This document shows positions 56,423 through 64,000 of a DNA stretch of 64,000 bases, piece by piece. The notes below the pieces were generated by a model. That model worked only from the letters and a program-made list of their open reading frames with translations. It searched no databases and was not told where the DNA came from. Origin of the DNA: Gnetum montanum (taxonomy: Eukaryota; Plantae; Gnetophyta). The stretch is from the NCBI GenBank assembly GCA_015680685.1, contig MNCI01003141.1, positions 4,404-68,403 on the forward strand. Reading direction: 5' to 3'. Within the stretch, counting starts at the first letter, position 1; every line of letters begins with the position of its first letter. The position numbers and the translations under genes were made by a program.

Positions 56423-56615
56423 GAAGCGACAGTGTGAGCGATAGCGTAAACTTGTTAAGGCGTAAGTGTAAACCTCAATACCCTAGCGTAAGTGTAAACC
56501 TCAGCATAGATGCCAAGGACTGATCCCCAGCGTAGACGCTGAAGCTTAAACTTCTCAGTGCCAGCATAGACAGTTGCTCAGCATAAACTTAGATCATCAG
56601 CATAGACACTCCAAG

Positions 56616-59600
56616 ATGGGCAACGGAAAGGAAGTGGAGGGCCAGGGGAGGAAGGGTCCCGATCTAACGTTCGTCGAAGAGACGGAAGCCATGCTACAGG
56701 GTCTGCCCAGGCCAAGGATGCTGTCGTGGCTCGTGACATCCCATAGGTAAGCCTTGATCCCTGTCTTTGTTGTTATTTCCATGCTTCTTAGCGTAGACAA
56801 TCCTGGCGTATACGCTGAGCGTAGAGGGTTTTCGGCCTATACTCCAGCATAACTATGCAGCGTAGATGGTGTTTATCAATTTACTAGCATAAGCCCGTTT
56901 CTGTGTTATGTTGGCATACGCTCCGGTATGACTGTGAAGCTTGTCGGCATGTCATCAGCGTAAGTTGTCATATGTGACGGCTTATACGCTGAGGGTTTGC
57001 CCGGCATATACGCTGAACGTGTACAGTTGTCTTTTGGCGTACTGTTTTATTTTCTGGCATAAACAATTTACGCTGAAAGTGAACTCGAGCGTATACGATG
57101 CGGGTTTCTTCAGCATATACGCTGTGCATGAAGGGGTTCAAGTGTCAGCATAGATGCTAAGTGTGGTAGCGTATACGCTGAGTTTAAATCACGTTTTTAT
57201 GTGAAGTGTTGGTTGGCGTATATGCTAAGTTTGAATTACGTTTTTTTACGCTAAGTGCTAACAGTTTGTCCGGCGTATACGCTGCGTATAGCGTATACGC
57301 TGAGGGTGAATTGTGGGCGTATACGCTGTGTACAGCGTATAAGCTGGGCGTAAGTTGTGTTTTTCATGCTAAGTGTAAAGTTTGACTGGCGTATATGCTC
57401 TGTGTACAGTGCATACGCCGAGCGTAAACAGAGTTGATTTTTGATTTATGATGCAAACTTTCATTTTGTGGCATTGCGATTGATTGTAGGGAGAGCAAAC
57501 GCTTCCTTATAATGGTCGAGCTTGTCGGGGTTCTCACATGGGTCGGCCTTGCTCAGGAGGGAAACCGTTCCCCAAATCTAACCATGGATGAAAGTGGGGT
57601 TTGGTTCAGGGAAGGTGCTTGTGAATTCTTGGCCTTTCTGCTAGACAATTTTGAAGTAGCCATGTGGTCGAATTTTGACGAGGTGACTGCATGGAGCGTG
57701 GTTGATGCAATGCTTCTGGGGGCTGCCGAGGGTGTCATGGTTTTCATCGAAGACATTGAAGAGGGGCTATTTTTTGATGAGGATGGTACCACTTGTGGGC
57801 CCAAGTCAACATGCCCGTTAATGCGCATGTGGGCATTGCTGCCCTGAGGGTTGGACTACCTCAATAACACATTGTTTATAGCTCCTCGTGCATATACCCT
57901 ATTCCAAAATCCTCTTGGCACAGTATACAGAGTAACCAGGTGAGACCATTTGACTTTATTACTTTACCTATCATCATTTGATGTTAGTTTTTATTTTAAA
58001 ATGCGTTTGTTTGCAGGCCGAGGACCAACCCATACCGGACCCTCATTGAAGATGAAGGACTAGCCCTCGCTTGCACTGCTCTGGAGGCTTTTATCATAGG
58101 CCCCACGCTTCATGGGATCGTACTAGCTCAGACGAAGGGTTTAATGGCCCATTTTCATAAGCAGTTTTCTAGGTCGTTTGCGATGTGGAAGGCTCGTTGG
58201 TGGCTCCATGAAAACTGGACAGATCAGGGGCCAGTCTTTCTTCATAACTTTGGCAGCACTTTGAAATCTACCACTAACGGTGAGTGGTAACATTTCCAAG
58301 ATGCGTTAATGGGTTTGTTCAACTGTTTGAGGTTATGCTGATATGGTCATTTGAACTTGTTTTAATAGTTGTTGCACCTTCCGGTGGGGATCCCGTGACG
58401 ACAGGATGGACTAAGATAACTTTGTCAATGAAGTTCGGGGAGGTGGCAAAGGTGCATAAATGGCTGCGTAAGCAAGCTTCACCATCCCTTAATCGTTGCC
58501 TAGACGATGCTGGTCTCCTGGAGCTTTTCATGATGCCAAGCCCTGATGTATCCATTAGGGAGATGATCGGGATTGTGGACTCTTTTAATGAGTCTGTCTC
58601 ATAATACAGCACCCGGATCAAGGGTGTTAAGGTGGTGTTTCATCTGTCTCCTGTTTTCTTTTCTAATTTGTTTGGCATGCTGGTAGATGGCCTACCTATA
58701 GTGTTGGACAGATCTCATAAAGAGCTCCAAACAATCTGTGAGCTAGAATCTTGGCTTGGCATGGCCAAAAGCACCAAGGGATTCCCGATGCAGGGGAAGG
58801 AAAAAGTTTTAGAGGTAAACGAATTATACCCCCTGTTTCGGGCACAGGCGTTCCCCAAGACTCTTTCTCAGGTGTGGAGCTTCGGGGTTGAGGCAGTATG
58901 CATTATGCGAACAATCTTAAAAACTGGCATGCGGTATAACTGGGCTCAAGTTTTGTTGGCGGGCCTACACAAGGAGATCATGCGATTACGCTCGAACAAC
59001 AAAGCGCAATCTCACTTCACCTTTGCCTTCTTTGCCAGTTATCTCCGCCATTTTTCCGAATTTCTTGTGGTGCGTGCTGACAACAAGTTCGTCCTACGGG
59101 ATTGGGGTCAACTATCCCGCCCATGGGTCAACCACTTATTTGCAACTGCCAAATCATAGGACGCCCCAGAAGGTATCGATGAGTCTGTGTCTGTTACCAC
59201 AGGGGGATCATCTGGCAATTCCATCCACACACGGGATAGTCTGGGGTTAGAGCCAGATGATGTACCTCTAACCACTAGGCGGGCAGAGCGGGTCATCAAG
59301 GAAACCATTGGCAAAGCCAAGTCGAAGTTGAAAAGACCCAAACGCGCAATAGAGGAAGTTGCCTATATAAACCAGCCACGCGTGAAGTGGATACGCTTCA
59401 AGATACCTGGTAAGCGAAGCTCATCTACTTATTATTTTATCATTTTTGTTTATTTATAACCTTTACTCTAATTGCTTATACGTGTTGTTGCTGTTTTTGG
59501 TTTGAGGCAGTGAGGAAACAGGCCTTGGAGACCATCACAAAGGAGGAGGAGATGAATACAGAGAAAAACAACAAGAAGGAAAGCCCAAAGAAAAGCCCGG

Positions 59601-61097
59601 GTGGAGGAACGGAGCAGCTAATGGAAAAGAACATCGAAACCGAACCATTGGACAACTAGGGTAGTATCGATCAAACACTTCGCAAGTTTCTTTAGGGAGA
59701 CCTGGATTTAGGTGACCCCCTAGAAGGTGATAAGGATAAGGGTATGTATTCCCCCTTTTCGTTCATTTTGTTTTACCAAATCAATTGCCGCTCCTACGGT
59801 TTGTTATTTTCATGTTTTTTTTATGCTTATCAGATGAAGGCAGCGAGATGAGGATAGTGCAGTTGGACGTACCTATGAAGACGGTTCCCCTGGAGAGGAC
59901 CGTTGAGGTTACTTCATCTCGTACCTGTCAGCCACTTACTTGGTCAGAAATGCTAAGTAAGATGGATTTTGTGGATGGGATCACTGAGGAAGTCGTTGAA
60001 CATCTCCAAGATGTCCACCCTGATATAGGTATGAATCACTTAAAGATTTGGAGCTTCACATCTCATTTGTATAGTTTTAACATTTGTATATTTTCTGCAT
60101 GGGCAGGCGCTAAACTAAGATGGGATCCCTCTGAGAGCATCAGCATGGAAAGCTTGGTCACACTCTCCCCAGAAGTGGAGCAAGTGCCAAGGCCTATTTA
60201 TGAGGGTGTTGCGGAAAGCCTTGCGCACAACGCTAAGTCATTGTGGACTTGTAGGTGTTCCATTGAACAGTTGCGGCTACAATTACAAGCAAAAGAGAAG
60301 GAAGTCTCCGAATTGTCAGAGGAACATGATGATTTGAAAGCTTGGTACAAGTTCGCCGCTGCCAGATTAAGTGGAGATCGTTCTTGGTGAACTTCCGAGG
60401 TCACATATACCAGGTATTGGAACTTACTGAATCTTCATGCATCGCTAACTTGGAGGATGGCAGAACGCAAAGTGCAGATCGATCTCCTAAACCTCAAGTA
60501 TCAAGATTGGAAGGCCTTTTCTTCCAAAGTTTGTAAGTGGGGTCAAGATGAGAAAAACCACAAGCATCAGTATAATAAATTGCTGAAAGAGGTGTCCATT
60601 GAAAAACGATAGCTAGAGATGTTTGTGGAAGGTTTAGGCTTGCGTTCTGCCTTTAATACATTTGCCAAAAACACAACTGTAGAAATGGAATCGCCTACAA
60701 GGGAATTTACAATGGCTTCTGGGGAGGTGTCGGTAGGTGAATTTCCTCTAAAACGTCCTACCTATTCGGCTATTAACAAAGGTAAGACTTTGGCAGACGT
60801 TGACTTAGGCTTGGATGGAACAGATTGGGATAGTGTTTCAGAGGAAGAAATCCTCCGTCGACTTGAATTCGGCTTAGGGGGATCCCCTATGGTAAGCGTT
60901 TTGTCCTTAGAAGGTTATTTTATCGAATAACGTTTAAAATTTTAACACCGGATTATTCCTATGTTGGTTGTTTATTATTTTTTTCGCATTTTCAGAATGA
61001 AGGTGGTGATGATACTCACAAGGCTGGCCCCAGTGGAGCAGGGGCCCCTGACACTGGTGGCTCTAAAGGAGATGATCCTCCTGTCCTGGACGCTTAG
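56616..61097 (+). pseudogene. 8-exon accessory gene antisense to element C (~1065 aa; FCP1/SCP-like pseudophosphatase, accessory domain, acidic/basic linker, coiled coil)
   Basis: Exons 56616-56746, 57490-57939, 58017-58279, 58369-59409, 59511-59741, 59834-60028, 60107-60891, 60996-61097. All introns are GT-AG with compatible phases; total 3198 nt = 1066 codons; only scattered point stops. Confidence 0.88.
56780..57430. repeat. Cluster of palindromic GCGTATACGC(T) motifs in intron 1 of the accessory gene
   Basis: Many gcgtatacgctg copies and decayed variants (gcatatacgc, gcgtatatgc). Confidence 0.85.
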
Positions 61098-61472
61098 TGT
61101 TTTTTATTTTTTGTGGTTTTCGCTGATTGATACAGGAATTGTAATTGAAAATGTTGAAAAAAAAGGAACAATTGTACAATGTGGCATGAATAAAATATTT
61201 TTTTGTTTGTTTTCAATCTGGTTGTACATACGACACGAGATTAAACTGTTTTCAGATTTGTTTTTCTATTTTAAATGTAATGCACTAAAATGATGATAAA
61301 AGGTACACGCTAGTTTCGGGCCTGGTTTGCACTAGTTTGAAACTATTTTGGGCCCCCATGCATAGTTTAAGGCCGTTTTGGGTTCCATTGTGATGTTTTA
61401 GAGAAAGGGAGTGAGTGTCTCGGTTGACCGGTCATCTCTGACCGTGGCTAGTTTTATGTCGTTACAGACATG

Positions 61473-61810
61473 ATAGTTTAACGTCATTCTAGACTCGGGG
61501 TATGGTTGTTTTAATAGGTATTTTTAGTTTAACGTCATTTCGGATGAAGGGTAGTTTAACGTCATTCTGGACTTGGGGTATGGTTGTTTTAATAGGTATT
61601 TGTAGTTTAACGTCATTTCGGATGAAGGGTAGTTTAACATCGTTTCGGACTTGGGGTATGGTTGTTTTAATAGGTATTTGTAGTTTAACGTCGTTTCGGA
61701 CGAAGGGTAGTTTAACGTCATTTCAGACTTGGGGTATGGTTGTTTTAATAGGTATTTGTAGTTTAACGTCGTTTTGGATGAAGGGTAGTTTAACGTCATT
61801 TCGGACTTGG
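61473..61810 (-). repeat. 78-bp near-perfect tandem repeat (~4 units) after gag-PR of element C
   Basis: Each unit holds two GACGTTAAACTA cores (element strand); degenerate cores continue to ~61310. Confidence 0.92.
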
Positions 61811-61817
61811 TGTTGTT

Positions 61818-64000
61818 TTATTTTAACTGTTTTTTGATCTTATTTATTTTTATGTCAGGGGGTGTATTAGTCGATACGATTTTGTATTCAGCATCTCCTT
61901 CGCTGATCACGTTGAATGGTAATTCAGTCCAGGAGACATCCGATGGTGTATTTTCGGTACTAGTATTGTCAAGTGTTTCGGTGTCTGTCATTGTTTTGGT
62001 TTTAGGCTCTTGTCCCGTGTTCAAAAGTTCATTACCTACCAGTTGCATTTTGTCTGAGTCCTTTTGACTAGGCTTGTCGAGTTCAACCTACGAGCCTTGG
62101 TTGATGTCTGTGTGCGATCAAATGATGGGAGTGACTGCTTCCCCATGTATGATGACTTCACCACCCTCATAGGGTAGGTGAATCTCCTGATGTATAGGGA
62201 AGGACACAGCTCTCAATTAGGCTAACTAAGGTCTTCCTAATATTAGGTTGAATCTTGGCATTTCATCGACAACCAAGAAGTCAGCAGATGCGGGGAACTG
62301 GTCTCCTGCTATGAAGTCTAGGGTTATTGTGCCCTTGACCAGTATGCGTGACCCGCTGAAGGACTTTAAGCATGTTGTTGTCGTAGGTTTGATTAAGTCG
62401 GTGAGCCCCAGTTGTTCAATGATAGGATATGGTACAAAGTTTGTAGCTGCCCCATCATATACATGGACCCTATGTATCTTGAACTCATTTACGTGTATGG
62501 TTATAAACATAGGGATTGTTGTGGTCTCTCCTGTCTTCTTGTCGACTTTGATGCTATCATCATGGAAGCTCAAGGGCTTAGGACTGACCCCGTGAGATGG
62601 GTACATTACTGCATGAATGGCCGGTTCGCTGGGGGCAAGTCCTCACTGACCGAGATCAATGTGAGCATCCACACTAGAGCTCCCGATGAGTCTGGGATGT
62701 TAGTACCAAGTCATACAAGCTTAAAGAAGTGTTCTATTGTTTCAAGGCTTGTGTGACTTGCGTTAAGGCTGTCGCAAGATCTCTGCTATTAGGGGCGCTC
62801 TTATCAGTGGTGACTAGGTCCATTAGGCCCAACAACTTTATTTCTTTTTTTTGCGACCTATCGTTCTTCTTCGTCGTCGTAGTTTTGGCTGGGTCATATT
62901 GCTTTGACGGTTCACCTTGATTTTCTATGTTTGATTGTTTGTTAGTTTGTGACATAGGCATGGAACTAAGTGGAGTGGGTTTGGGTGGCCCCAGAGCCAA
63001 CCATTGGTGCTCTTTCTCTATGCATTCCCATGTAAGCCTATCAGCTAAGCGTTCCCAATGTGGAGGTGGAGCTAGTTTTGAAGCCTTGGGTTGCCTTGGG
63101 ATGCGCACCACATATGGAGGTGGGTGGGATTGTGGTTGATCTGCATGGGGTGTTTGAGCTAGAGACTGGCTAGGGACCCTAATGACATAGGGGCAAGCTT
63201 TGCCTTGCGCTTTTGAGGTGGAGATTTGTTTGTTATTAGGATTTTTAGTTGTCCTAACAACATTTGGGGATGGTTTCGGTGGAGGTTGGACCTCCGCTAT
63301 TGCGAAGGAGGGTAGTACTCGGACTATGAAGAAAGCAAGTCGAGTTTGGGGAGTTAGTGGCTTTGCGAAAGTGGACGTAGCTGGAGGTATGCAGACGACG
63401 TAGGGCTGCTGGGGGGTACGCGGAAGTTGAGATGTGGATGCCGATACGGTGGGAGGAATCTACACTATGAAGGGCCTGTTAGGTGTTTCTGGTTTACTTT
63501 GAGGGTAGATGGTGTTAATATCCTTGGAATCATCATTAAGGTAGATCATGTTAATCACGTACAGAGCCTCTTTAGTATTCAGGGGATCTTTATACACCCC
63601 CATGGCCTGATTTTGCAGTTGGACTAGGTTGGCCTTGTCAAAAGTGATCTGTCCATCATCAATCATCTGCTGGATGTCCTGCTTCAAAGTGAAGCAGTAA
63701 TCCATTCCGTGCCCGTTGCGTTGATGGTAGTCGCAGAAGCGATCCATCCTAAAACCCTTGGGTACAGGCAGCTTATCCAGCATTGCTAGGCTCGGGTTCT
63801 GTATGAGTTGGTAGAACCGGTCATGCCTTTGGATGGCCACAGGGGATAATTGTTTATGTTTCATTAGCCCAGCTTTCAGGAGTTGATCAAAGAGGTGGGA
63901 TGCTTTCTTCGGTAGAGGCATGTATTGAGAGGGTTCTTTCCTCTCGAAATTACAAGTACGGTTTGTTGGGTTCTGTGATGATGATGACTCCAGGGCTATT
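61818..64000 (-). pseudogene. gag: Element C gag (3' part)-protease
   Basis: FCDYHQRNGHGMDYCFTLKQDIQQMID; IHRVHVYDGAATNFVP..RFNLILGRP; ends ..ELPFNVISEGDAEYKIV..*. Confidence 0.88.

Larger units (their letters stand above)
50513..64000 (-). mobile_element. Element C: best-preserved Tat-clade element; 5' end beyond the window, 3' LTR cut at the n at 50512
   Basis: Minus strand: gag zinc knuckle FCDYHQRNGHGMDYC, PR, spacer with opposite-strand gene, RT-RH-aRH-IN, array, PPT, LTR start. Confidence 0.92.

Noticed and set aside
61502-61837. ORFs with repeating peptides (also 14837-15136 and 50353-51052)
   Set aside because: They are translations of tandem repeats or motif clusters, with no independent coding evidence.

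Overview
Repeat-dominated plant genomic DNA from a draft assembly (N gaps and single-n contig joins). A gymnosperm origin is inferred from a TPS-d-like terpene synthase pseudogene at about 39.85-41.15 kb. Two short exons of an unidentified host gene lie at 34-360. Most of the window is decayed Ty3/gypsy LTR retrotransposons. There are three divergent Tat-clade elements (A 10.0-27.2 kb +, B 27.2-33.4 kb +, C 50.5-64 kb -; A and C show RT-RH-archaeal RNase H-IN) and several Athila-type elements or LTRs (tRNA-Asp PBS; a solo LTR with a GGCAC target-site duplication; nested LTRs). Main observation: in the Tat elements gag-protease is separated from RT-RH-aRH-IN by a spacer of about 6 kb. This spacer holds a TATA-driven, 8-exon ANTISENSE gene (about 1065 aa in copy C, with all seven introns joining in frame) whose exon structure is conserved in A and, where present, in B. 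The protein has an N-terminal FCP1/SCP-like HAD phosphatase fold lacking the catalytic aspartates in both A and C, a central plant-retroelement accessory domain, and a coiled coil. Each element carries its own short motif clustered both in the LTR U3 and in intron 1 of this gene, and tandem arrays with a shared core mark the ORF boundaries. All domain calls are by-eye motif recognition, not database searches.
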